Origin: Bdellovibrionales bacterium
GTDB taxonomy: Bacteria; Bdellovibrionota; Bdellovibrionia; Bdellovibrionales; JAGQZY01
Direction of reading: 5' to 3'
Assembly (NCBI GenBank): GCA_031426555.1
Contig: JANPLN010000036.1
Location: 10,595-74,594, forward strand
Length of the DNA: 64,000 bases
Of the stretch, positions 49,303 to 59,556 are shown in pieces (position 1 is the stretch's first letter; every line of letters begins with the position of its first letter). A program made the translations under genes and the position numbers. Below the pieces are notes generated by a model that was given only the letters and a program-made list of their open reading frames with translations, did not search any database and had not been told where the DNA came from.

Positions 49303-52026
49303 ATGTCACGATTTCTCATGCGCCTGTTTCTAATCAATCTTGCTCTCGCGTTTATTGTTTTTCTCTCTGGCCTTGGGTATTTGTATTACACGTACTCGAC
49401 ACTCCCTCAGCTGATTACGGTGGCAGATTACAAGCCCCTCCTTTCCAGCGATGTTTATGCGCGTGGTGGAGAAAAAATAGGCGAACTGTACAGCAGCAAA
49501 CAAGGGGTTCGTATTCTCACACCTTACGAGGATATTCCGCCGCTTCTTTCAAAGGCCTTTCTCGCCGCCGAAGACGATTCATTTTTTGAGCACAAAGGTT
49601 TTAATATTATGGCTATTTTGCGAGCCGTTTGGATTAACACGATTTCTGGAAAAAGGAGCCAAGGGGCTTCAACGATTACGCAACAAACGGCGAGAACGCT
49701 TTTTTTAAGCTCCGAAAAAACCTATTTGCGAAAAATCAAAGAGGCTCTCCTCACTTACAAGATGGAAAACAATCTTCGTAAAGAGGACATTCTTTATCTT
49801 TACTTAAACCAAATTTACCTTGGACAGGGCGCCTACGGAATCGCGGCCGCCGCTGAAACGTATTATCGTAAAGAACTCAAAGATCTGACGCTGGCTGAAA
49901 TGGCTCTCCTTGCGGGAGTGCCCACTTCCCCCAGCCGCTTTAATCCTGTGGTGAATCCAAAGCGCGCTAAAGAGCGTCAGCTGTATGTTCTTAACCGAAT
50001 GGCCACCGAGGGTTTTGCAAGTGTTGAAGAAACTAAAAAAGCCGGCGAAGAAGTTTTAAAAATTCAGGCAAAAAAAATCTATAAAGACACTGGCCCTTAC
50101 TTTGTGGAAACGATTCGCCAACTGTTGGTCAAAGAGCTTGGCGAGGAAATGCTGCTTGAGCAAGGCCTCAAAATTTACACGTCTTTGGATCTGAAGGCGC
50201 AGGTGAAGGCCATTGAAACGGTGAACGCCGGATTGCGTGCTATTGATAAGAAGCGCGGCTACCGCGGTGCTAAATCGCAAATCAAACTCGAGGACGCTGA
50301 AGCTGTTGAAAAGTTTTTATCTGAGTCTCGCGAAAAATTGATCAAGGAAAAAAACTCCACGCTTTATTTAAAGGCTGACGGCACACTGGTTGTTTTTGAA
50401 CCTTTCGCTGAGATTAAAAAGAATAGTAAGGACGTCAAAAACATTCCACCTTACATTCAGGTGAACGAAGTTGTCGAGGGACTCGTTACCAAGGTGGACG
50501 ACCCCGCAGGTTTGGTTTATGTGCGCTTCGCGGAGTCCCAGGGAATTCTGCCTCTGGGAGAGATGCTTTGGGCGCGCCCCTTTAACCCTGACCTCCACCC
50601 CGGAGAGCATCTCAATATTAAGCGCCCATCTCAGGCACTCAAGCCCGGTGATGTTATCGACATTAAAGTTTTGGCAAATATTTATGCGCCGGCAAAGACC
50701 ACTGCGAAAAGTAAAACACCGCCGCCTGCCTTTAAAGATTACGCCTCATTAGCTCTCGAGCAATTACCCGAAGTTCAGGGCGCGCTTCTTTCCTTTGACC
50801 TGGAGTCGGGCGACATCACGGCGATGATCGGTGGTCTTGACTACACAAAAAATAAATTCAACCGAACGTATCAGTCTCTTCGCCAAACAGGTTCGGCCTT
50901 CAAACCCATCGTGTATGCCGCAGGTCTTGAGCAAGGCCTTACCGTGGCTACGCCGATCATGGGCGCGCCCATCGTTTACGGTGCGAAAACCGAAGAAGAA
51001 AAAAAGGCCGCAAAGACTGTTTCCGAGCAAGAAAGCGACGAAGCATGGAAGCCCGAAAATTACGACGGGAAGTTTACGGGTGATGTGCTGATGCGTACGG
51101 CACTGAAACGCTCCCTCAATACACCGACAATTCGTGTTCTCGAAAAAGCAACCATCCCTTACGCTGCCTCCTATGCGCGGCGCTTAGGAATTTTTAGCCC
51201 GCTGAACATGGATATGTCCTTGGCACTTGGCTCCAGCGGCGTTTCACTTTACGAAATGAACAAAGTGATGGCTATTTTTGCACGCAACGGAAAGCGCTTT
51301 TCTCCGATCATCGTGCGCGAAGTGAAAAATAAAGATGGCGAAGTGATCATCAAAGACTTCTCTTTGGATCAACGTTTTAAGGAAAAGCTCGATGCCCTCG
51401 AGAACGAATTTGACGAACGCCGAGGAGAGTATAAAAAAGCCCTCACCGCTTTCCACCAAAAAGGCTCGTCTACACAAACCAACAGCGACGGTGATGAAAG
51501 TACAAAAGAAAAACCGCCAGTGAATGGATTCTTTTACGACAATCCCAATCAAATTATTTCTCCACAGACAGCGTATCTTGTGACCAACATGTTGCAAGGC
51601 GTGGCCACTGAATCCGATGGCACCGGTGGACGTGCCGCCGCTTTGGGTCGCCCCGTCGCTGGTAAAACGGGAACCACAAACGGATATTACGACGCTTGGT
51701 TTCTGGGTTACACTCCGCAGATAGCTACAAGTGTTTGGGTGGGACTTGATACCGAAAAAACCTTGGGTAAGGGTCAAACCGGCGGTGATTCAGCACTCCC
51801 AATTTGGCTTCCTTATATGCAATATGTACATGAATCTCTACCGGTTAAACAGTTTGAGATGCCAGTTAACATTTCCTTCTTTATGGTCGACAAAGATACG
51901 GGCAAACCCGCAACGTCGGGCGGGATCATGTTGCCCTTTGTGCATGGCACAGAGCCCAGCGCCTCCGCACGCACGTATGAAGAAAAACAAGTTGAAGAAA
52001 AAGACTTCCTCCGCGAGAGCTTCTAA
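49303..52026 (+). CDS. mrcA: Class A penicillin-binding protein PBP1A
   Basis: GT motifs AAEDDSF and QGASTITQQ; OB insert; TP motifs GSAFKP (SxxK), SLN and KTGTTN. Confidence 0.93.
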   Translation: MSRFLMRLFLINLALAFIVFLSGLGYLYYTYSTLPQLITVADYKPLLSSDVYARGGEKIGELYSSKQGVRILTPYEDIPPLLSKAFLAAEDDSFFEHKGFNIMAILRAVWINTISGKRSQGASTITQQTARTLFLSSEKTYLRKIKEALLTYKMENNLRKEDILYLYLNQIYLGQGAYGIAAAAETYYRKELKDLTLAEMALLAGVPTSPSRFNPVVNPKRAKERQLYVLNRMATEGFASVEETKKAGEEVLKIQAKKIYKDTGPYFVETIRQLLVKELGEEMLLEQGLKIYTSLDLKAQVKAIETVNAGLRAIDKKRGYRGAKSQIKLEDAEAVEKFLSESREKLIKEKNSTLYLKADGTLVVFEPFAEIKKNSKDVKNIPPYIQVNEVVEGLVTKVDDPAGLVYVRFAESQGILPLGEMLWARPFNPDLHPGEHLNIKRPSQALKPGDVIDIKVLANIYAPAKTTAKSKTPPPAFKDYASLALEQLPEVQGALLSFDLESGDITAMIGGLDYTKNKFNRTYQSLRQTGSAFKPIVYAAGLEQGLTVATPIMGAPIVYGAKTEEEKKAAKTVSEQESDEAWKPENYDGKFTGDVLMRTALKRSLNTPTIRVLEKATIPYAASYARRLGIFSPLNMDMSLALGSSGVSLYEMNKVMAIFARNGKRFSPIIVREVKNKDGEVIIKDFSLDQRFKEKLDALENEFDERRGEYKKALTAFHQKGSSTQTNSDGDESTKEKPPVNGFFYDNPNQIISPQTAYLVTNMLQGVATESDGTGGRAAALGRPVAGKTGTTNGYYDAWFLGYTPQIATSVWVGLDTEKTLGKGQTGGDSALPIWLPYMQYVHESLPVKQFEMPVNISFFMVDKDTGKPATSGGIMLPFVHGTEPSASARTYEEKQVEEKDFLRESF

Positions 52027-52032
52027 GGGAAA

Positions 52033-52070
52033 TGACGCGATTCTCAACTAAACGGTACGGCGTACCTTTT
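52033..52070. repeat. REP-like palindromic element, copy 2
   Basis: TGACGCGATTCTCAACTAAACGGTACGGCGTACCTTTT; 35/38 identical to the reverse complement of 13406-13443. Confidence 0.75.
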
Positions 52071-52100
52071 TTGACGTAAACACGTTATTCCTTTGGGGCT

Positions 52101-54929
52101 GTGGAAAATATCACTCTAAAAAACATTACACAAAACAATCTCAAGGGTGTGGATCTCGAAATCCCGGTGGGATCTTTTACGGTTGTTTGTGGTCCCAGCG
52201 GCTCTGGCAAAAGCTCACTGGCTTTTGAAACTTTATATGCTGAAGGACAACGCCGCTACATCGAGAGTTTAAACAGTTATGCACGGCAGTTTTTAAATAA
52301 GGCGCCTAAGCCCCATGTGGAATTCATCAACAATATTCCTCCTGCCATTGCTTTGGAACAAAAAAATTCTGTGCGCAACTCGCGCTCATCGGTGGGAACA
52401 AGCTCCGATGTGTTGGATTATTTTCGTTTGTTTTTTGCAAAGATCGCGCATTCCTATTGCCCTGAGGGACATGGTCTCATCGAAAAACACACTCCCGGTG
52501 CCATCTCAGAGATCGCCCTCAGCACGCTTGCAGACCGTCGAATTTATATTCTTGCGCCAGTTGATAAAGCTGCACAACTTTTACCGGATGCGAAATTTGT
52601 AAAGCTACTTCTGGCGGAGGGACTGACCCGTCTTTATATTCCCGGCGCAAAAAATAAAATAGGCGAATTTTTGGAAGTTTCGGCAAAAACGAAAGGCACA
52701 GAACTTCCCAACAAAAGCTATTATGTCGTCGTCGACCGACTCGCTGTGAAAAAAGAAGACACCGGTCGCATGATCGATTCCTTTTCCCAGGCCTACAAAA
52801 CCTACGTGCACCTTAACAAAGGTGCTACTGCTTCGCGCTTAAAGATTCTCACTGTCGAGGGCGAAATGTCATCCTACAGTGACTCCCTCAGCTGCGCGGT
52901 TTGCAACTATCAGTTTCCACCTCTTTCTCCCCAGCTGTTTAGTTTTAATTCTCCCGTGGGTGCTTGTTCCACTTGTGCCGGCTTTGGAAATATTCTCACT
53001 CTCGACGAGGAGAAAGTAGTTCCCAATCCCAATTTGTCTATTTACTCGGGCGCCTTGCACCCGTTTACCATGCCCAGTGCCGCTCAAGATAAAAAAGAAC
53101 TTTTAAAATTTTGTCGCGACAAAAAAATCGATGTTACTCTCCCCTGGAATCAGTTGACCAAAAAACAACAGAGTTCCATTTGGAACGGCGATACTAAGTT
53201 TTGGGGTGTTGTTGGACTTTTTGAATACTTGGAAACCAAAAAATATAAAATGCATGTGCGAGTATTTTTATCGCGCTTTAAAAGTTCGTTTCCCTGCAAA
53301 GAGTGCGAAGGCGGACGACTGAAAAAGTTTATTCAGAATATTAAAGTACAAGATCAATCTTTGCAAAAAATATCAAAGATGACTCTTTCCGCAGCACTCG
53401 AGTGGCTCCGCTCAGTGAATATCACCCCGGCACAAAAACTGACGGTGCTCGAGGTGTACAACCAACTTCTTTCGCGACTTGAATTTTTAGTGAATATTGG
53501 CGTTCATTATCTAACTATCGATCGCCCCACCCGCACTCTTTCGGGTGGAGAATTTCAGCGATTGATGCTGGCAAAACAATTGGGCATGGGATTGTCGGAA
53601 ACTTTGTACGTCCTCGATGAGCCCACCATTGGCCTTCACCCCAGAGACAACGATCGCTTGATTGAGCAGCTGAAAAAACTAAACTCCTATGGCAATACCT
53701 TGGTGGTCGTTGAGCACGACGAGGCCGTGATCCGTTCGAGCGACACAATAATCGAAATGGGTCCTGGCTCAGGGTCCCTTGGCGGAGAGATCGTTTTTGC
53801 CGGTTTAACAGAGGATTTTCTCAAAGATAAAAATTCTCTCACTGCAAGCTACTTGGATCCGAAAAAATCCACCAAAGAACTTTTGCAACCCCGATACGTG
53901 GACGTTGCTAACTACAAATATCAAATTAAAATTACCGGCTGCAAGGGCAACAATTTAAAAAATGTAGACTTTCACTTACCTCTCAACCGTCTTGTCATTG
54001 TGACGGGAGTGAGCGGCTCCGGGAAGTCGACACTTGTCACACAAACATTGTACCCTGCTTTGGCGCGAATTCTGGATGTGGAACATATTAAGGGGCAACC
54101 CTTTAAAACCATGACCGGTGTAGAATCCATTAAGAATGTTCTTTATATCGATCAAGATGCTCTCGGTCGAACAGAGCGCAGCAATCCGCTCACTTATCTA
54201 AAAATTTATGATTTAGTTCGTGATTTGCTCGCCAGCACCCCCCTAGCGCAGGAGCGCGGGTATACACCTGGAACTTTTAGCCTCAACGTCGACGGCGGCC
54301 GTTGTCCCATTTGTCGTGGCTTAGGTTACGAAGAAGTGGACATGGTTTTTATGGACAACATAAAAATTCCTTGTGAGAGCTGTAAAGGAAAGAAATTCCG
54401 CGAAGAGGTTTTGGACGTAACTCTCCGAGGAAAAAACGTGCATGAAATTCTGGCAATGACTGTACTGTCGTCCCTGGATTTCTTTATCTCACATCCGCAG
54501 ATTCGCAGACCCCTCGCGTTTTTGCGCGAAGTTGGTCTGGAGTACTTACAGATTGGTCAGAGCACATCGACGTTTAGCGGTGGTGAAATCCAGCGGATAA
54601 AAATTGCGCGGGAGCTCCTGGATTCCAATCATAAAGACACTCTCTATATCCTCGACGAACCCACGACGGGATTGCACTTTCGTGAGGTTCATTTGCTGAT
54701 GAACGTTCTTAATAAAATTGTGGAAATGGGCGGCAGCGTTTTATTGATCGAACACAACCTCGATGTCATTGCCCGTTCGGATTATATTATTGATATCGGT
54801 CCCGAGGCTGGTGAAAAAGGCGGCAAGATCGTCGCTCAGGGTTCACCGTTTGAGGTGGCCCAGGCAAAGACCCACACCGGAAAGTTTTTAAAAGCCCACC
54901 TTGCTTCACGCGGCTCCATTCCGAGCTAA
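52101..54929 (+). CDS. uvrA: Excinuclease ABC subunit UvrA (possibly a second paralogue)
   Basis: GPSGSGKSSLAF, EGQRRY, zinc fingers, LSGGEFQR, LDEPTIGLH, second GVSGSGKS and FSGGEIQRIK. Confidence 0.93.
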   Translation: MENITLKNITQNNLKGVDLEIPVGSFTVVCGPSGSGKSSLAFETLYAEGQRRYIESLNSYARQFLNKAPKPHVEFINNIPPAIALEQKNSVRNSRSSVGTSSDVLDYFRLFFAKIAHSYCPEGHGLIEKHTPGAISEIALSTLADRRIYILAPVDKAAQLLPDAKFVKLLLAEGLTRLYIPGAKNKIGEFLEVSAKTKGTELPNKSYYVVVDRLAVKKEDTGRMIDSFSQAYKTYVHLNKGATASRLKILTVEGEMSSYSDSLSCAVCNYQFPPLSPQLFSFNSPVGACSTCAGFGNILTLDEEKVVPNPNLSIYSGALHPFTMPSAAQDKKELLKFCRDKKIDVTLPWNQLTKKQQSSIWNGDTKFWGVVGLFEYLETKKYKMHVRVFLSRFKSSFPCKECEGGRLKKFIQNIKVQDQSLQKISKMTLSAALEWLRSVNITPAQKLTVLEVYNQLLSRLEFLVNIGVHYLTIDRPTRTLSGGEFQRLMLAKQLGMGLSETLYVLDEPTIGLHPRDNDRLIEQLKKLNSYGNTLVVVEHDEAVIRSSDTIIEMGPGSGSLGGEIVFAGLTEDFLKDKNSLTASYLDPKKSTKELLQPRYVDVANYKYQIKITGCKGNNLKNVDFHLPLNRLVIVTGVSGSGKSTLVTQTLYPALARILDVEHIKGQPFKTMTGVESIKNVLYIDQDALGRTERSNPLTYLKIYDLVRDLLASTPLAQERGYTPGTFSLNVDGGRCPICRGLGYEEVDMVFMDNIKIPCESCKGKKFREEVLDVTLRGKNVHEILAMTVLSSLDFFISHPQIRRPLAFLREVGLEYLQIGQSTSTFSGGEIQRIKIARELLDSNHKDTLYILDEPTTGLHFREVHLLMNVLNKIVEMGGSVLLIEHNLDVIARSDYIIDIGPEAGEKGGKIVAQGSPFEVAQAKTHTGKFLKAHLASRGSIPS

Positions 54930-56452
54930 AGAGAGAGTTTGGCTTTTTTTTCTGTCCACTCGCGAACCTTAGTCTCATCATTTTTAAATTGATACAGCTG
55001 GATTAAATAGTGGTAGGAGGGATGAAAGTTTGGCGAGATTTCGATAGCTTTTAACAATAGCTTTTCGCCCTCATCGATTCGATTGCGCTTTAAATAAAGC
55101 AGCGCCAAATTGTGGTAGGTTTGCGGATACGGTCGCTCGTCGGCGCTCAAAACTGTTTCGTATTCCTTTTGGGCCAAATCATCTTGCCCCTGGTCACTGT
55201 AAGCCATGGCAAGATTATGTCTTACCCGGGTGGCTTTTGGATTCATTTTCAAAATGCGCGAAAACAGAGTTATCGGGCTTTCCCACATGCGGTTTTGTTG
55301 GTACGTGAGCACTCCACAAACAACGGCGATTGTTGCCACCACCGCCATTCCGTATTTTATCGGCACTCTTTGCAGGATAAAAATAAATCCCCAGATCGCC
55401 GCCACCGACGGAACATAGAGCCAATGTTCCAAAAATAAACTATTCATCGGAACTAGAATTCCTGAATGCAGGCTTTGGGCGGCAAAAAACCATAAGGTCA
55501 TGGCGGTCAAAAAGATTCCACTTTTCTGTTTTTTATACAAAAGATAACCACTCGTAAAAACCAAAGTCATCACCATGAAAAACCCGACAATAACTTCCCA
55601 ACTTAGAAAATCAATGTAGACCGGAAAGGCTCGGTCAATGTGCAGATCGTGCGGATACACAAGCAATATAAAGTATTTCGGTAGTGTTGCCAAAAAAGTA
55701 AACGCACGAAAGTGCATATTTTGCGTGTAGATGTTTTCGGTTTTGTAAAACTGGAAATCGCCGTTGAAGTCCAAAACGGTGGCCCTCAGAGCGACGTAAA
55801 TCAAAGCTATCCCTAAAAAGTACAAAGAGGGAACATACGTTTTCAACTTCCAGCGGTGTTCTTGCGTAAGGAACAACAACGAAACTAACAAGCCAGGAAA
55901 CACAATGGCCACTTCCTTACTTAAAAAAGCGCAGGTGAAAAAGAAAGCACACAACCCTAAGTAGCCCCGTGGTTTTTTAAAAAAGGTAATCAGCGTGAGG
56001 AAAATAAAAAAGAACTGTAATGGATCTGCCGTGCCGCTGATGTAAGAAATGGCTTCTACGTGAACCGGGTGTAATCCCCAGATCAAAGCCACTGCGAAGG
56101 CCCACTCTTTTTTAAAACCTAAGAGCTGCGAGAGCAAGAACAAAAGTGCCGCATTGATCGCATGTAAAAAAACATTTAAAAAATGGTAAGACCATTCATG
56201 GGACCCCAAGGTCTGAGCTGTGATCAAATAGAAAAAGAACTGAATGGGGCGATAAAATGAGTCTTGAAATCCAGCTCCTGCCGTCGCATTGGTTGCGAAA
56301 ATATTAAAAACATTTGCAAAGGAATTCAGAAACTGATTTTTTTGAATATAAAACTCATCGTCATAGACATATTGCATGTCGTAAACATTAGAGTAGGCGG
56401 CAAAAATACACGCCAAAAGTACGATGAATAAACCCCAAAAACGCTTGTCCAT
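54926..56452 (-). CDS. TMTC-like GT-C membrane glycosyltransferase with C-terminal TPRs
   Basis: YDD acidic motif after TM1, FYRP, HPVHVEAISYISG, LSKE, EHWLYVPS and TPR tail. Confidence 0.8.
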   Translation of the reverse strand: MDKRFWGLFIVLLACIFAAYSNVYDMQYVYDDEFYIQKNQFLNSFANVFNIFATNATAGAGFQDSFYRPIQFFFYLITAQTLGSHEWSYHFLNVFLHAINAALLFLLSQLLGFKKEWAFAVALIWGLHPVHVEAISYISGTADPLQFFFIFLTLITFFKKPRGYLGLCAFFFTCAFLSKEVAIVFPGLLVSLLFLTQEHRWKLKTYVPSLYFLGIALIYVALRATVLDFNGDFQFYKTENIYTQNMHFRAFTFLATLPKYFILLVYPHDLHIDRAFPVYIDFLSWEVIVGFFMVMTLVFTSGYLLYKKQKSGIFLTAMTLWFFAAQSLHSGILVPMNSLFLEHWLYVPSVAAIWGFIFILQRVPIKYGMAVVATIAVVCGVLTYQQNRMWESPITLFSRILKMNPKATRVRHNLAMAYSDQGQDDLAQKEYETVLSADERPYPQTYHNLALLYLKRNRIDEGEKLLLKAIEISPNFHPSYHYLIQLYQFKNDETKVREWTEKKAKLSL

Positions 56453-56516
56453 GCCTCCTAGATTAGAGGGTGCCTTGCTGAAAGTCGAGATCTCGGCTGA
56501 CCAAAGTCCTGGGGAC

Positions 56517-56543
56517 TCAAGTTGTTTAAAATTTTGACGATAC
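56517..56543 (+). promoter_or_regulatory. Sigma28-like promoter (weaker match)
   Basis: TCAA-N15-GACGATAC. Confidence 0.4.
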
Positions 56544-56577
56544 GTTGTTTAGAGTTTTTACACAGGAGAGAGATCGC

Positions 56578-58164
56578 ATGATGATTAATTGGGATGAATT
56601 TGAGCACATACATGTCATTAAAAAACTAAAACAAATCTTGGCGACCTGGTGGAATATCGACGTTGTTTTTACCGACGAAACCGGTGCGATGCGTGGATTT
56701 AATCAGATCGAAATGAATCCGGTGAATAAAGCTGTGTTTCATGCTTTGCAAAATTCTCCGGCTCGCGAAAGCCTTTCTGAGCTTGTGAATCACTCTTTAA
56801 CAGAGCTCCGTCAAACACAGAACCGTTATGCGATTAAAAAGTGGGAAAACACAGGTCTCGATGTGGCCGTCTTCCCTATCGAGATCGAGCGCGAATTTAT
56901 GGGAACAGTTTTAGCGTTGGGATTTGTGAAAGATCCTTCTGAAGCCAACCGTGGCCACGAAATTGTGGACCATTTACGTTCGCACAGCATTGCCGACGCT
57001 GATGCTCATCAAATCCTTGCAGGAATTAAATTTTTAACTGTCGATGAGAAAAATCACTTTTTAGACCTCGTGGAGCTGATCTCTCGCGAGATCGTCACTC
57101 TGCACCTCGAAATCACCAGCCGTGAAGAGCGTATTAAAGAGCTCAATAAAGAGCTGGGCAGCCGCTACAAGTACGACAATATGATCGGTAAGTCCAAGGC
57201 CATGCAGAGTCTTTATGCTTTGCTTGATAAAATCAAATCAGCGGATAGCACAGTGCTGATTCAAGGTGAAAACGGAACTGGTAAAGAACTTATCGCAAAA
57301 TCTATTCACTATAATTCGTCTCGTAAGGAAAAAGCTTTTGTTATTCAAAACTGCTCTGCCTTTAACGACAACCTCTTGGAGTCCGAGCTTTTCGGGCACG
57401 CGAAGGGCTCGTTCACTGGCGCACACAAAGACAAAAAAGGACTTTTCGAGCTTGCAGACAAGGGAACCTTCTTTTTAGATGAAATTGGTGATACGTCTCC
57501 GCAAATGCAAGTAAAGCTTCTCCGTGTTCTTCAGGAGGGAACCTTCACCCCAGTGGGTGGCTTAGAAATGAAGCGTGTGGATGTGCGAATCGTTGCCGCT
57601 ACCAACCGTGACCTTCGCGCCATGGTCGAAGACGGCTCGTTCCGCGAAGATCTTTACTATCGTTTGAATGTGATCAACCTTCGTGTGCCACCGTTAAGAG
57701 AGCGCAAAGAAGATATCCCACTTTTGACTGAATTTTTTATCGAGCATGCTTGTAAAAAAGCTGGTCTGCCGAAAAAGGTTCTTACAAAGCGAGCGTTAGA
57801 GAAACTCTACGACTATCCTTTCCCTGGAAACGTTCGCGAGTTACAAAACGAAATGGAACGCGCCGTGGTTCTTTCGGGGACTGAAAACAAACTTTTGGCC
57901 GATATGCTATCTCCTAAAATCTTCGAAACCAACGAAGCTGCTAAAATTCAAGGCGCTCGCGTTGCTGGTTCTTTAAAAGACGCCATCGAGGATCTCGAAA
58001 AAGATCTTATTCGCGAAGGTCTGCGTCGTACGGGCTGGAACAAATCGAAGTTAGCAAAAGAACTTGGAATCAGCCGTGCCGGTCTTATTATGAAAGTGGA
58101 AAAGTATGGCTTAGATAAGAGACGTGTACTTGGCGGCAGTGGAGCCGGAGCCAAAACTTCTTAA
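56578..58164 (+). CDS. Sigma54-dependent Fis-family activator with N-terminal PocR-like sensor
   Basis: GENGTGKE, ESELFGH.KGSFTGA, FLDEIG, FREDLYYRLNV, FPGNVREL and Fis HTH; RBS AGGAG. Confidence 0.92.
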   Translation: MMINWDEFEHIHVIKKLKQILATWWNIDVVFTDETGAMRGFNQIEMNPVNKAVFHALQNSPARESLSELVNHSLTELRQTQNRYAIKKWENTGLDVAVFPIEIEREFMGTVLALGFVKDPSEANRGHEIVDHLRSHSIADADAHQILAGIKFLTVDEKNHFLDLVELISREIVTLHLEITSREERIKELNKELGSRYKYDNMIGKSKAMQSLYALLDKIKSADSTVLIQGENGTGKELIAKSIHYNSSRKEKAFVIQNCSAFNDNLLESELFGHAKGSFTGAHKDKKGLFELADKGTFFLDEIGDTSPQMQVKLLRVLQEGTFTPVGGLEMKRVDVRIVAATNRDLRAMVEDGSFREDLYYRLNVINLRVPPLRERKEDIPLLTEFFIEHACKKAGLPKKVLTKRALEKLYDYPFPGNVRELQNEMERAVVLSGTENKLLADMLSPKIFETNEAAKIQGARVAGSLKDAIEDLEKDLIREGLRRTGWNKSKLAKELGISRAGLIMKVEKYGLDKRRVLGGSGAGAKTS

Positions 58165-58200
58165 TTTGACATATTTACAGTAGAATCAGATAAATGAGGA

Positions 58201-58626
58201 ATGCATAAACTGCGTTCCTCTTTTTTTTATTTTTTATTCCCCATAGTGGGAGGAACCTTCGCGGCGGTGGCGTTGTGTTTTTACTACTCTCGCGTTCTTC
58301 GTACGCGCACCTTTGCTTTTGGACTTGTCGCACTTCTTTTAGGTTTAGTTGCTCATCTTTCAATTTACTCTTCCATCGCCCAAGTTTTACCGGCCCCCTT
58401 TTACCTGCGGGATTTTTTAAATCAGCCCCGAGGGGCCACGGCAAGCTCATTGATGGGACTCTTTATTGCTTTCGGGCATCTGGTGCTTATGCGCAAACGC
58501 GATCAGGTAGACGTTATGATATTTATCGAACGGGAGTGGCCCACAATTCCTAATTTAGTTTGCTGTGCGATCGGCGGACTTATAAATATTGCTCTTTTGA
58601 GTGTGATATTTTGGATTTACAATTAA
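58201..58626 (+). CDS. Hypothetical 4-TM membrane protein
   Basis: Four hydrophobic segments. Confidence 0.6.
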   Translation: MHKLRSSFFYFLFPIVGGTFAAVALCFYYSRVLRTRTFAFGLVALLLGLVAHLSIYSSIAQVLPAPFYLRDFLNQPRGATASSLMGLFIAFGHLVLMRKRDQVDVMIFIEREWPTIPNLVCCAIGGLINIALLSVIFWIYN

Positions 58627-58632
58627 CCAGTC

Positions 58633-59418
58633 TTAATTCCTGTCCCACCCCTTGCGGAGTTGGTTCAACTGCCCGCCGAAGAAGATCACAATAATGACGA
58701 TGATCGCAAGGATGAGCAGGTAGCGAATATAATCGCCAATGGACAAACTAAACGAAGTGTCCGACACGGGTGGCTTTGGTTTGAACTTGTCCATGTCGAC
58801 GGCGATCTTGCGTGCTGAGCGCCCCGCTAGCTTTCCCGACAGATCGATTTTTTTGTTCAGTACAGTTTCTTTATTTTCGTTTTTGAGTTTTGTGTAGATG
58901 CGACTGCCGGGTCCGCCTCGTTGCACATTGGCTCGGTAACTGGCGGAGGTATCCTCACCACCACCGGAACCTTGATATTCTTTTTTGGATTTATTTTCAA
59001 TTTTTCCTGCCGCCACCTGCCCACCGCGATCCCGTTCGGCATTTAAGGATGAACCACTTCGCGTAACCCGCGAGCCACTTGAACCTCCTCGGGAGGAACC
59101 GCGTGAACTTGCGTCGCTGCTACTGCCTTCGCCATTTCCGCCACCGGAACTCGCGATCAGTGGTCTTCCATTTTGTAAGGAAAAAGGTTCGTAAAGAGAA
59201 GCACAGCTTTCAGCATTGGCGCCGCTACTTCCGCCGAGACTAGGGAGCTCGCCGGTTTCTAACAAACAAGCGACGTAATCGCCAAAGTAGCTTTGCACAT
59301 ATTTTTTAAGAGCGGTGTTGAGCTGATACATCACGCCCAAAGCAATTCCCACTACCACCACAAGCACCAAGATATATTCCACAACAGCCTGACCTGATTG
59401 TGACCCAAGATGAGACAC
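58633..59418 (-). CDS. Tad/Flp pilin-like (class III signal) protein with Gly/Ser linker and C-terminal TM (start uncertain)
   Basis: SGQAVVEYILVLVVVVG prepilin motif; possible in-frame starts at 59418, 59478 and 59523. Confidence 0.75.
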   Translation of the reverse strand: MSHLGSQSGQAVVEYILVLVVVVGIALGVMYQLNTALKKYVQSYFGDYVACLLETGELPSLGGSSGANAESCASLYEPFSLQNGRPLIASSGGGNGEGSSSDASSRGSSRGGSSGSRVTRSGSSLNAERDRGGQVAAGKIENKSKKEYQGSGGGEDTSASYRANVQRGGPGSRIYTKLKNENKETVLNKKIDLSGKLAGRSARKIAVDMDKFKPKPPVSDTSFSLSIGDYIRYLLILAIIVIIVIFFGGQLNQLRKGWDRN

Positions 59419-59486
59419 TCCTCGACTATGGTCGGGCGAAGATGATGCGTGGCTTTGTTTTAAACACTTTATAAACACCTGTATCC

Positions 59487-59514
59487 TCAAGGCTTTTCGA
59501 ATGTTTACCGATAA
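59487..59514 (+). promoter_or_regulatory. Sigma28-like promoter (rightward)
   Basis: TCAA-N16-ACCGATAA. Confidence 0.6.
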
Positions 59515-59528
59515 TATATACATGTTTC

Positions 59529-59556
59529 TTATCGGCACAGCTTTCATGAGACTGAA
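59529..59556 (-). promoter_or_regulatory. Sigma28-like promoter (leftward, toward the pilin-like gene)
   Basis: TTCA-N16-GCCGATAA. Confidence 0.55.
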
